A stretch of DNA of 54,187 nucleotides from Chiloscyllium plagiosum. Lineage: Eukaryota. The DNA lies in the NCBI RefSeq assembly GCF_004010195.1, contig NC_057716.1, positions 10,970,064 to 11,024,250 on the forward strand, given 5' to 3'. Of this stretch, positions 37,646 to 49,473 are shown piece after piece. Numbering within the stretch: the stretch's first letter is position 1; every line of letters starts with the position of its first letter. Both the position numbers and the translations under genes were made by a program. The notes beneath the pieces were generated by a model. The model did not search any database, was not told where the DNA came from, and worked only from the letters and a program-made list of their open reading frames with translations.

Positions 37646-38132
37646 ATCTTTAACACATGACGCCAAGAATCCCAGGAGGACCTGGCAGTGCCAAGTATCT
37701 CTCCCTCCAGCAAAATGGAAGATCGGACGTGCAGGTGCCTTAGAGGAGAGGTGGGTGGGTAATGAGGTGATTTTCGGAGAACACTGTGAGAAATCTCATT
37801 CGGCTCAGAGAGAAGACTCCTCCATGAAAGTCACCAAAATTGACACAGAGCCAATTTTTCAGTAAAATTCAGCCCTGTGGGTGAATAATGAGCAGGTGGA
37901 CGGCACTACCGTCTAATTCTTTGCTGGTGTGAAGCCTTAATACTCATCTGTAATCTCGGTACTTCTGACGTAACCACCAATCAAGGTGTATAATCTTCCT
38001 ATATCTGTAAAACACTCCTCTTCCTTTCCTGACAATTGTTATATAGTTCATGGCTCTTGCTGGATTCATGTTTGTGGGCAAGTTATTCTACTTAGTTTTA
38101 ACCTTGCACAAAATTTGTGAGTTTTGCAATTA

Positions 38133-39372
38133 CCGTATATACTCATGTAAAGGTCAAATTATTTAGACTATTTTTAGAGGTTCAATTTATAGAATGTATG
38201 GGTGCTAGTTTTAAGTAGCTGAAATTCATGCTGTAGTTGGAAATACCATATTATTAGCAAAGGTTGATTTGATCACTCAACTAATCCCAGGTAAAGAAGA
38301 AAAACACAATGAATTATGGTAAAGCCAATTACCAGATAAAAGCAGGAGAAACCAGAATGAATTATTTGTAGGAAATTTTATTTATACATGCCAGTACGAA
38401 AATTTAACATGTCAAAGATTCATTGAAATCCTGCAAAATCACACTATTCAACATCATCATGGCCTGGTATAATGGCACACTTAAAATGTAACATTTATTA
38501 AATTCTGAATGTGTAAGCATCTTGAACCTTCCCTCAAATTCTTCCATTTCCCTCCCATTTACTCTCTTATGTTATGAGCCTCAGTAACATTAACAAATCT
38601 GTCAAAAAATTAAAGGTATATGTAGCTAATAGATCTCACTTTTAATCAGATATAGTGGCACAATTAAAATGATTAACTTTTTAACAACATTAACTTTTGG
38701 ATGTATAGTGAACAAAGTGCATTAAGTACCGATAGACTTAGTACCGGTCTGAATAAATGAATGAATCAAAGCACACTGTAGTAAACCAAATGGGCGAAGT
38801 GGAGTTTTAGATTAGATTAGATTAGATTACAGTGTGGAAACAGGCCCTTCGGCAAAACAAGTCCACACCGGCCCGCCGAAGTGCAACCCACTCATACCCT
38901 ACATTTACCCCTTACCTAACACTACGGGCAATTTAGCATGGCCAATTCACCTGACCTGCACATCTTTGGACTGTGGGAGGAAACCGGAGCACCCGGAGGA
39001 AACCTACACAGACACGGGGAGAACGTGCAAACTCCACACAGTCAGTCGCCTGAGGTGGGAATTGAACCCAGGTCTCTTGCGCTATGAGGCAGCAGTGCTA
39101 ACCACTGTGCCACCATGCCGCTCACAAATTATAAATGAATGAATAGAGCTGTAATATAGTAAACAAAGAGCAATGAATAGAGTTATCGGGATGAATGAAT
39201 GCAATTTTGTTTAACTGGGTTATGGGACCATGCAGTTTCCTTTATAAGAGGTTTATAATGCGATATAGTAGGGTTGCCATTTACACTAGATATATGGAAA
39301 ATATAAGATTTTTTGGCCAAAAATAAGGGGTCAACTTTTACATAAGATCGATTTTTACACGAGTATATATTG
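38133..39372. mobile_element. Non-autonomous Tc1/mariner-superfamily (Tc2/pogo-like) DNA transposon
   Basis: ta|CCGTATATACTCATGTAAAGGTCAA ... TCGATTTTTACACGAGTATATATTG|ta: inverted termini with TA TSD. Confidence 0.75.
38808..39121 (-). mobile_element. Young HE1-like SINE nested in the DNA transposon
   Basis: Intact A and B boxes, retained CpGs, (TCTAA)n tail. Confidence 0.9.
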
Positions 39373-40389
39373 TATGTTTTTTGTTCAAACTACTGTCTAC
39401 GACTCTTTCTCATCCATTTGATCTACTAAAGTGTATTATGGAGCCAATTGTCTGCTTTACAGAATTCCACAGCCACATTGGTGGGGGGAAGCTCAGTCTG
39501 TTCAACAGCTCACTGCTGTCTCTGTACAGTTTTCTAAGATTAATGTAAACTTGATGTTGCCACTGAGTTCTTGGAATAAGTACTGCTTTCCCTGAGCTCA
39601 CTAGTGGAGGGATGGTAAAACCTTTGGCAAGCCTTGGCTTCTGGGTCTGATAGCAAGGTAACTTCATTTTCAAATTTTCCCTGTTGTTAAGTTTTTTTAA
39701 CATTAGTATTTATTTTTCATGTGCTGTGGGTTTCATAGGGTACAAAAATATTTGTTGCTCCTGCCAAATGCGACTGAAAACGTGACAGTGAGGCAGATTC
39801 TGAACCATTGCACTCCATGTGGTGTAGGACATGTTTTAATTCAAGGAGTAGATGTATCTTCTCACTTCCATCAAATTGGATGAAAAGATATCAGTGCAAA
39901 TTTCCGGCTCCACATCTCTAAATGATTCAGATTCAAAATGATGAGGATCAGAATGAAACAAACCTGCACAGAGCAATGGGAAAGCATTGAGAAGTTTAGC
40001 ATTGGAATAAACCACTATGACACACATCACGCTGATATTTGGCGATATGCTTATGCTAACACTAATTTGATATCATTTCTACGTCAATTTAACAATATTT
40101 TTTGAAAATCACAAAGAGGAAAAAGGTAGAAGTTTTAAACAAAAAAAACAAGATACTCAAATTGAAGGATACAGTCTTCTCGTCATGTTCAGGAGAAGGG
40201 AACATTCTGCATTTTCATTGCTTGTGATACCATTAGTTCAGAGAAGCATCTGGAATGCCTCCTTTCTCAAATTATTTGTGAACGAAATAATTAAAACGAG
40301 GTAAGAGCAAAATGAAAAGTTCCCATCAGCTGATTTTTAAATTACATTTACAGAAGTGGATTTTGCACAGTATGGGACAACACGGCTGT

Positions 40390-40469
40390 ATTTTATTTTT
40401 GCTGATATATGGGGTCCTGACTCGTCAGAATAATGATGCATTCTTTACATACAGACCAGAGTATAAATA
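40390..40469 (+). promoter_or_regulatory. g5 promoter: TTTTTGCTGA (to 40405) and TATA (40462-40469)
   Basis: Conserved motif pair. Confidence 0.7.
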
Positions 40470-40669
40470 CCAGGAAAAAGAGGCACATTCACTGAGCAGC
40501 TGTCCAACTGTGAACCTAAAATGGGAAGGGTAAGGTCCATGTTTTCGGTTCACAGAATCAGGACAGCACTGAAAGAGACCATTCGCACGTGTATTGTACA
40601 TTTTTACACAATGCAGAAATACCTCACCTTGTTACATTATTGATCTGTAATTGAACTGTTTCCCCACAG

Positions 40670-40912
40670 ATCATCTTTTATGAGGACAGGAACTTCCAGG
40701 GGCGGCACTATGAGTGCAGCAGTGACTGTGCCAACCTGTCCCCTTACTTCAGCCGCTGTAACTCCATCCGTGTTGAGAGTGACTGGTGGGTGCTGTATGA
40801 GAAACCCAATTACATGGGATACCAGTATGTTCTGACCAGGGGAGAGTATCCTGACTACCAGCGCTGGATGGGATTCAATGACTGTGTCAGGTCATGTCGC
40901 TCCTACCCACAG
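40670..40912 (+). CDS. cryg: g5 exon 2 (open)
   Basis: ccccacag|ATC ... CAG|gcaagt; 243 nt. Confidence 0.9.
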
Positions 40913-41954
40913 GCAAGTGACAAAGTTGGTCCAATTGTTTTTTGCTAATGGGAATTGTTTATTTTTGCAAGAGTTTCCATCCTTTTAACAATGGTCCAAT
41001 ACTATATTGGTGCTAATTTGATATAAACACTCATGCAATCCCAACTGAAGGTATCCAGTTCAGGACAACGCACATGAGGAAGATGTGAAGACTTTGAAGG
41101 GCAGAGAAGGGATTCACTCAGGTGGTCCCAGGGTTGAGGGATTACAATTATATGGATAAACTGGAGAAGCTCAGGAATTCCTCTTTGGAGCAGGAAACAG
41201 TGAATGAGATTTCATGGAACTCTTTAAAGTCAAGAAGGGCATACAAAGTAAATAAAAGAGAAACTATTTCCAATGCCTGGAAGGTCAACACTGGGTGGAT
41301 TTGGGGATTAAAATGCTACTGGACTGAGAAAGGTAAGGAATGGATGTAAATCCATCTGGAGTGAAGAATCACTTTGGACTGGCTCTGGGAGAATACAATG
41401 TCCATGTAGGAGACACTGGGAAGTATAATCGTGGGAAAGGACATGCAGTTGTGGTTAAAAGCTAATGGGGGGGAAGGTTCCCTTCTGTATTAAATGTATA
41501 AGACGCTGACAACGTGATCTTTATTGAGTATTGCTTGTCATAATGAAGATCTTAATATGAAAGTGGTGTCATCCTTTCAGCTGATTGCTGAATGTTTTTT
41601 TAAGAAAATGTGATTGGCGTCTGTGAAGCTATTGAACTCCAAACCTATCTTTCATGATCAGAGATTTTCCTGGAGTTTTAGCTACGGCTCAAGGGAAGTG
41701 AGTTTGCCAGCCTCACTCTCAATCCTTAAAAATTTAATATTTTCAATTTGAACATAAGGTTCCATTCAGATTCCTATGTGGCGGACCATAGAGACTGGCT
41801 GTCTTTAGCTTCATTCTCTCTCTGTCTGTCTCCCTTAGATACTGGCAGACTGACTTACCTCTGAGTACGAGGAATATCTTTCAGAAAGCTAGTATCCTGA
41901 TCTTTCACAATCATTTCTTCCAGATGTTTCCCTTCTCAATTCCCATGGCAGTGC

Positions 41955-42142
41955 TGTTCCATAGGTGAATTGACCATGATACGTTGCCCATAGCGTTCAG
42001 GGATGTGTAGGATAGGTACATTCATCAGAGGTAAATGTCGAGTAATAGGGTAGGGGAATGGGTACAAGTTGGTGACTCTTCAAAGGGTCAGTGTAGATTT
42101 GTTGGGCTGAAGGGCTGCTTCCAAACAGCAGGGATTCTCTGA
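41955..42142 (+). mobile_element. SINE 3' half in g5 intron 2
   Basis: gggtcagtgtagatttgttgggctgaaggg tail; absent from g6 intron 2. Confidence 0.75.
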
Positions 42143-42750
42143 AATTCATAGATCTTCAATCCAGGCAGAAATACTAATGAACTCTCCTTATGGCCCCAGA
42201 CTCTCTTCTATCGTAAAACTAAATAGATATTACAATTACAACATTTATAAAATTATAAGATTTACAAATCATTTAACAGCTGCCTGAAAGATTTTGGCCA
42301 TTAGCTGGCCATGTACATCAGCAGAGATATGCTTCAACCATTGTCTCCAAGTATGAACAATGTACCTTTATAACTTCACCCCAGTAACGGCCTAGGGACC
42401 CTGTTAATGCTGAACAATCAAGAAACTCAGGTTTATTACCAGAATTGAGAGCATAACCTCACTTCATTCCTCAATATACCGTAAAATAATCCAACCCTGA
42501 AACATAGCAATCTTTAGTTTTTTTTTATTTTTACCAAGTCTCTCAGATTTAGAAAGTCTGATGGATACAGATTCCACTGTTGATTTCAAAGAGAAATTGG
42601 TTAACTATCTGAAAGTGTAAACAATGTGCGTGTAGAGGTAGCCTGGAGGACTGGGTCTTGCTGGATTGTATTTCAAAAGAGCTGGTTCAATTACAGTGGG
42701 ATGAATGGCTTTTTAACCTGTAGTAGCGATTCCCCTCCTATATATTCTAG

Positions 42751-43025
42751 TCCGTGGAGGCTCCTACAGAATGAAGGTTTACGAGAGGCCAGGCTTTGGA
42801 GGACAGATGATGGAATTCATGCATGACTGTCCATCTGTCTATGATCGTTTCCGTTACCGTGACATCCACTCCTGCCATGTGATGGACGGTTACTGGATCT
42901 TCTATGAACATCCCAACTACAGAGGGCGCCAGTACTTCATGAGGCCTGGTGAATACAGGAGATACAGTGACTGGGGAGGCTACAGCTCAGCTATCGGATC
43001 TTTCAGGCGCATGAGGGATTTCTAG
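42751..43025 (+). CDS. cryg: g5 exon 3 (1 nt short at its 5' end)
   Basis: Contains ORF 42771..43025 [11 protein letters not shown]...RMRDF. Confidence 0.85.
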
Positions 43026-43074
43026 ATTGTTGCTGAAAAGATTCATATTGCTTTGCTGACATATTATTGAGCAG

Positions 43075-43080
43075 AATAAA
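43075..43080 (+). terminator. g5 polyadenylation signal
   Basis: AATAAA 50 nt after the stop. Confidence 0.7.
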
Positions 43081-43979
43081 AATCTTTCCCTGCATTATCG
43101 TCTTTTTCTTTTTATTTATTCTCAGAATGACATAAGACAATAACTACATTTGGGTGATAACACTAAAAGGTAATTTTTTATGCTCTAATGTGGTTTGAAG
43201 GATGTCTTACTGAGTAATTGCCTACATAAATCCAATACTTCTCATCACATTCAGAAAGAGCCATGACTATAACATTATCTTCACTTTGGAAATAGTACTT
43301 TTTATAGGAGCATGGAACATAGCAGCGTCAATTGGCCGTTCAACCCCTTGAGGTGCTCTGACAAATGAGACCATGGTTTATCACCATCTGGATGCTACGC
43401 TCTCCCATTGTTATCTCCATATCCTTTGGTGTTATTACTAATGAGAGATCTGTCAGTTTCTGTCTTGAACTTACTTAAAGACTCAGCCTCCATAGTCCTC
43501 TGGGGCAGAGAATTCCAAACATTCACCATTCTTGCAAGGATAATATTTTGCACATCTCAGTCCATTTTATTCCAAGGCTCTGGCCCTTGGTTCTCAACAG
43601 CACAGTCAGAAAAAAAACATCATTTCTGCATCTCCCCGACTATCTCTTTAAGAATCTTGTAATTTTCAATGAGAATACCTTTCTTTGCTCCTTTACTCAA
43701 ATTGGTTTGTAATATAAACTAAAATGCCTCATGCCATCTGATCAGCTTAAAGCTCGCAAGCAACCTCGCATGGGTCCAAAGTTGAACAATCAATACTGAG
43801 CCACAGCCAGAGAAATTGGGCCTGTCAGAACATTGGCCAAACTAAACTGAACAGCAGCTATTGTCTACAGAGAGCAGTCGAAACCCAGGCCAAAGTGGTT
43901 ACAGTGGTTCAGGGAAACCCGTTACAAATAGTCCAATGGGTGTTTATTGGAGAAATACTGAGTGGACCTTCTGACACTT

Positions 43980-44315
43980 AAATTACAAGCCTAGACTCTC
44001 TGCAGTGTGGTCTATCAAGCCCACATTGACCCTCCGGATTGCATCCTACTCACACAGATCCCCTACCCTATCCCTGTAATCATGGCTAATCCACCCAATT
44101 TGCGCATCGCTGAAGAATATGGGCTTTAACATGGCCAATCCACCTAACCTGCATGTCTTTTGGACTGTCAGAGGAAATGGGAACAGCCAGAGGCAACCCA
44201 CATGGACACGTGGAGAATGTGCAATTTCTACATAGCTAGTCACCCGAGGATGGAATCGAACACAGGTCCCGGGTGCCGTGAGGCAACAGTGCTAACCACT
44301 GAGCCACCGCATGCC
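43980..44315 (-). mobile_element. HE1-like SINE
   Basis: Head gcggtggctcagtggttagcactgttgcctcac on the minus strand; absent at the paralogous site near 33490. Confidence 0.82.
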
Positions 44316-44789
44316 CTGCACGGACTCTCAGCCAGTACTTGATGACGTGCACTTCCCAACTCATTAGCATGGCAACAGCACAACCCCACTGAATACTTTG
44401 AACCCTACACATGATCGCTTTGGCCAAAGGTGACAGAACAATAGACAATAGACAAGTTCTGGAAGGTCCAGAATGAGGGGAGTCGTAGCACACACACCTT
44501 AAAGCCACCGTCTCAGTAAAGACATGACGCATGGCAGAAGACTGTATGGGAACCCATGTAGACCCAGGAGAAGACCCTCCCTGACCTGTGAGATCCTCTT
44601 CATGGAAAAGAGGCAGCCCCACATCAGACAGGAACAACATTCCTACAGCCCAGTTCAAACATGTGGGTTGTTGTGGGTAAAATTCTTTCTCAGACGGATA
44701 GGAAAGCATAGCATTAACATCATAGAAACTTTACATTTAAATATTTACATAAATAATTCAATAGGGAATATTTTATTAAGAAAATAAAA

Positions 44790-47100
44790 TTGAATCACAA
44801 AGCAAATTCTGTCTCCATCACTGGTAAGAATGCTTGGTTGAAGTGTTTTTCGCACAGCACATGAACTGGTGAAAATGTCCAAAGTGTGGGCGTACTAATG
44901 AACAAGGACACCAAAATCTCTTTGCACATCAATACTTTCCAAACTCTCTCAACATTTAAGAAACATTCTGTACTTTTGTTCCTCTGAACAAAATGGATAA
45001 TCTCATGCTTAACCACAAAATAACCCATATGTCAGGCTTTGCCCACTCAGTTTATTATGCTCTGAATCTTCTTTGCATCCTCCTCATGGCTCCCGTTCCC
45101 ACTAATACTCACATCATCTACAAACTTGGAAACATTACAGTTGGCAGCAACATGCAAATCACTGGCATAAATTTTAAACAGCTGGGACCTAGCTAGTGAT
45201 CCTTGTGGTACTCCATTGATCAGAGCCTGCCATCCTGAGAGTAATCCATTTCTTCCCACTCTCCCATTTCCCTCTGTTAAAAAATCCTCAATTTTTGTAT
45301 ATTTCTTACCTCCAATTCCACGCCCTTCAATTTTATTTATTAACCTTCAGATTGAAATCTTGTCAAAAATCTTTTGAAAACCCAAATAGACCAGATCCAT
45401 TGGTTTCCCCTTATTGACTTTATTGCAACAGCCTCAGAACCTCATTCAGGTTTATAAAAAACATGATTTCCCCTCCATTAATCTGTTGACTGCCCAATCA
45501 AACATACATTTTTAAATATCCGCATTGATGACACACAAACCTCCATCCACAGACACTGGCATTCGATATGTGCCAGCCTCTATAAATCCGCATGGCACAT
45601 CTTCAATCCAATTCCCACTTACCTGATGCTTCTGAACTTCAAAGTTACACCTCAGGCTGCAGCAGGAACTCCATGTGTAATGCAACTGCAAGGACACTCG
45701 GTGCTCACGGACACAAACCCAGCTCACGAATTGGACCAGGCTGCCTCTCTGGCTTGCTCACCTGCTCTCTTAGTGTATGCTCACTCCAGGTGTGGCCTCA
45801 ACAGCACCCTTTTCAGCTGTAACATAACCTCCCTGCATTTAAATTCAATCCATTTAGCAATGAAGGACAAAATTCCAATTGCCTTCCTACTTGTTGTACC
45901 TACAGACCGACCCTCTGTGATTCATGCACAAGGACACCCAGGTCTGTCTGCATAGCAACACGCTGCAACTTTTTATCATTCAGCCTGGGTGGATTAGCCA
46001 TTGGAAATACTGGGTTACAGGGATAGGATAGGGGTTCAGTGTGAGTAGGATGCAATCCGGAGGGTCAATGTGGGCTTGATAGACCACACTGCAGAGAGTC
46101 TAGGATTGTAATTTACTTTTCTTTATAGTACTTTCTGTGGCTTTCGCTTGACCTTTAAAGTTTTCCCAATCTTCTAGTTTCCCATTGATCTTGGCCACTT
46201 TACATGCCTTCTCTTTCACTTTGGTAGCCTCCCTTATTTCCTTAGACACCCATGGCAGATTACCCCTCCTCTTACAGACCTTCCTTCTCACCGGTATATA
46301 CTTCTGCTGAGCACTTTGAAAAATTGCTTCAAAAGTGCTCCACTGCTTGTCAACTATAAAGTCTTTGTTTCCAGTCTACTTTAGCCAAGTCCTCCCGCAT
46401 TCTATCATAGTCCTGCTTGTTCAAGCACAGGACCCTACTATTGGATTTTATCTTCACACTCTCCACCTGTATTCTAAATGTAACCATACTGTGATCACTC
46501 CTTCCAAGAGGATCCCTAACTCGGAGGTCATTAATTATTCCTGTCTCATTACACGGGACCAGATCTAGAAGAGCTTACTCCCCCGTTGGTTCCATGACAC
46601 ACTGTTCAAGAAAACTACTGCAGACACACTCAACGAACTCCTCCTCAAGGCTACCCTGACCAAGTTGTTTTGACCAATCAACATGTAGATTAAAATTCCT
46701 ATGATAATTGCCATAACATTTTTACAGGCATTTGTTATTTCTTTGTTTATTGCCCACCCCAGTGAAATGTTATTATTTAGTTGCCTATAGGCTACATCTA
46801 TCTGTGACTTCTTCTTCATAGAATTCCTAATTTCCACCCAAATAGATTCAACCTATTTTCCATAGAACCTAAATCATCTCTCGGCACTGCCCTGATGTCA
46901 TCCTTGAATATCAGAGCTACGGCACCTCCCTCACCTTCCTGTCTTTCCTTCTGAATAGTCTGGTACCCCTGACTAGTTGTGACCATCCTGTAACCAAGTC
47001 TCCGTAATGGTTACCAAAATCATATTCATTCATGACAATTTGTGCCATTAACTCATCGACCTTGTTGCAAATATACGAGCTTTCAGGTACAGTGCCCTTA
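44790..47100 (-). mobile_element. Patchwork of CR1 LINE fragments (RT about 44790-45495 and 45780-45982; endonuclease and linker about 46116-47100)
   Basis: NGVPQGSL...VSKFVDD and GGAVAL...WMEIRNSMKKKS...INKEITNACKN motifs. Confidence 0.78.
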
Positions 47101-47242
47101 CGTTAGCTTTCATACCCTCATGCTTTCTAATAATATCTCCCGAGTTATCATTCCTGAGGTACATGTGACAATAATAACAAAATCAAAAAGAAATCTTCCA
47201 ATATCTGCATAAAACTCCACTTCCTTTCTTGATAAATGTTAT

Positions 47243-47598
47243 GGGGCCTCAGTAGTTTGCACTGCCCCTTCACATCACCAGGGACAGGGACTCAATCACA
47301 GCCTTAGATGACTATCTATGTGGATTTTCCACATTTTTCTTCTGTGTCTTTGTGGGATTCCTCCGGGCGTGCCAGTTTTCTCCCACAGTCTAAAAATGTG
47401 CCAGACAGGTATATTGGCCATGCCAAATTGACCCATAGCATCCAGGGATGTACAGGCTATATGGATTAACCACGGGAAATGCAAGGTTACAGGGACAGGG
47501 TAGAGGTTGTGGGTCTTGGAGGGATGCATTTCAAAAGTTGGTGTAGACCCGATGGGCTGAATGGCCTCTTTTTACGCTGTAGTGAATCTATGATTCTA
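47243..47598 (+). mobile_element. Degenerate HE1-like SINE
   Basis: ctcagtagtttgcactgcc head; gatgggctgaatggcct...tctatgattcta tail. Confidence 0.75.
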
Positions 47599-47823
47599 TT
47601 AGTTCATGGCTTTGGATTGATGCATGTTGTGGGAAAAGGTATTCTATTTCAACTCAAACTTTGCTCAAAATTGAGTTTTGCAATTGTTCTTTGTTCAGCC
47701 TAATGGCTACTACTCTTTCTAAATTGTACAATTTGTTATTCTAAAGTGTATAATGTCCCCAGTTGTCTATTTTTGTAGAGTTCCACAGCCACATTGGTAG
47801 GGTGAGGCTTAGTCTGTTCAATA

Positions 47824-48049
47824 TGAAAATATGTTGCTGGAAAAGCGCAGCAGGTCAGGCAGCATCCAAGAAGCAGGAGAATCGAGGTTTTGGGCATGAG
47901 CCCTTCTTCAGGAATGGATTCCTGAATTCCTGAAGTAGGGCTCATGCCCGAAACATCGATTCTCCTGCTCCTTGGTGCCTGACCTGCTGCGCTTTTCCAG
48001 CAACACATTTCCTGCTCTGATCTCCAGCATCTGCAGTCCTCACTTTCTC
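47824..48049. mobile_element. Penelope-like hairpin element with 16-bp TSD
   Basis: TSD cttagtctgttcaata at 47808-47823 and 48050-48065; empty site near 39492. Confidence 0.85.
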
Positions 48050-48944
48050 CTTAGTCTGTTCAATAGCTCACCTCTGCCCCTGCACAGTTTCCAAAGATTA
48101 ATGTAATTTGAATATTGTAACTGGGTTCTTGAAATAACCGCCTGTTTCTCTGAACTCACTCATGGAAGGATGGAAATGGTTTTGATAAGGCTTGGTTTCT
48201 GGGTCTGGTCAAAAGTTTTTTTTAAAAGGTTTCCCTGTTCTTAACTTTTTTTTAACTTCAATGTTTACTTTTCCTTGTGGTATGGGCATCGCAGGCGACA
48301 ACCACAATATTTGTTGCTCATGCCTGATGTGTTTGAGAATGTGCTGGTGAGTCAGATCCTGCAATTGTTGCAGTCCACTGTGCTATTAGAACATTACAGG
48401 CCAGCCTTCCATTCAAGGTGTTGAGGTATCCTATGACCCCCACCAATTTCGACTCCAAATGACTCCAAAATGAATCTGAATGATTCAGATTCAGATTGAT
48501 GTGGGCCACAATGAAACACAACTTCACACAGCAGTAGGAAAGCATTGAAAAGCTTTGCAGAAAAATAAACCATTATTAAAACCATCACACTGATGTGTGT
48601 AGATATGTTTATGCTCAGACCAATTTGAAGCAATTTCCATGCGTATTTACCAATACTTTTGAAAATCACAAAAGAATAAAACTAAAACTTTTAAAAGCTA
48701 AACCAAAAACTCAAATCGAATGCTTTAGTTTTCTTCTCACATCTGAAATGGAGAACATTCTGCATTATCATTGCTTGTGATACCACTAGCTCAAAGAAGC
48801 ATCAGGAATGCCTCTTTGCTCAAAGTATTTGCAAACAGGATAATTAAAACAAGGTAAAAACAAAGCGAAAAGACCTGATCATATGATTTTTCAAGCACAT
48901 ATACAGGAGTGGATTTTATCCAGTATGGGACAACATGGTTGTAT

Positions 48945-49028
48945 TTTATTTTTGCTGATTTATATAGAGTCCTGAGTTATCAGAATAGTGATGTATCCTT
49001 TACATTCAGACTAGAGTATAAATAAATA
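48945..49028 (+). promoter_or_regulatory. g6 promoter: TTTTTGCTGA (to 48958) and TATAAATAAATA (49017-49028)
   Basis: Paralogous to the g5 promoter, with a 4-nt duplication in the TATA box. Confidence 0.65.
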
Positions 49029-49230
49029 CCAGGAAAAAGAGGCACATTCACTGAGAAGCTGTCCAACTGTGAACCTAAAATGGGAAAGGGTAAGGTCCAT
49101 GCTTTCGGTTCACAGAATCAGGACAGCACTGAAAGAGACCATTCGCACGTGGTATTGTACATTTTTACACAATGCAGAAATACCTCACCTTGTTACATTA
49201 TTAATCTGTAATTGAACTGTTTCCCCACAG

Positions 49231-49473
49231 ATCACCTTTTATGAGGACAGGAACTTCCAGGGGCAGCACTATGAGTGCAGCAGTGACTGTGCCGACCTGT
49301 CCCCTTACTTCAGCCGCTGTAACTCCATCCGTGTTGAGAGTGACTGGTGGGTGCTGTATGAGAAACCCAATTACATGGGATACCAGTATGTTCTGACCAG
49401 GGGAGAGTATCCTGACTACCAGCGCTGGATGGGATTCAATGACTGTGTCAGGTCATGTCGCTCCTACCCACAG
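49231..49473 (+). pseudogene. cryg: g6 exon 2
   Basis: [16 protein letters not shown]...SCRSYPQ; 243 nt. Confidence 0.88.

Larger units (their letters stand above)
40521..43025 (+). pseudogene. cryg: Gamma-crystallin g5, frameshifted at exon 3 start (possible pseudogene, possibly splice-rescued); exons 40521-40529, 40670-40912, 42751-43025
   Basis: Exon 3 is 275 nt (ag|TCCGTGGAGGC versus TACCGAGGAGGC); GC donor in intron 2; private changes K3R, D>N, D>G, D>H, T>A. Confidence 0.65.

Noticed and set aside
37650-37876. Possible PIF/Harbinger-type terminus (gtaaaattcagccc)
   Set aside because: No matching opposite end or TSD was found, so it is too weak to annotate.
39050-39121. tRNA-like A/B-box sequences
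   Set aside because: These are SINE heads attached to SINE bodies, not tRNA genes.
41122-41349. Identical 75-aa ORFs in the g5 and g6 introns, suggesting a conserved nested gene
   Set aside because: Decayed CR1 C-terminus (VPGLRDYNY..KLEKL); the identity is explained by the conversion tract.
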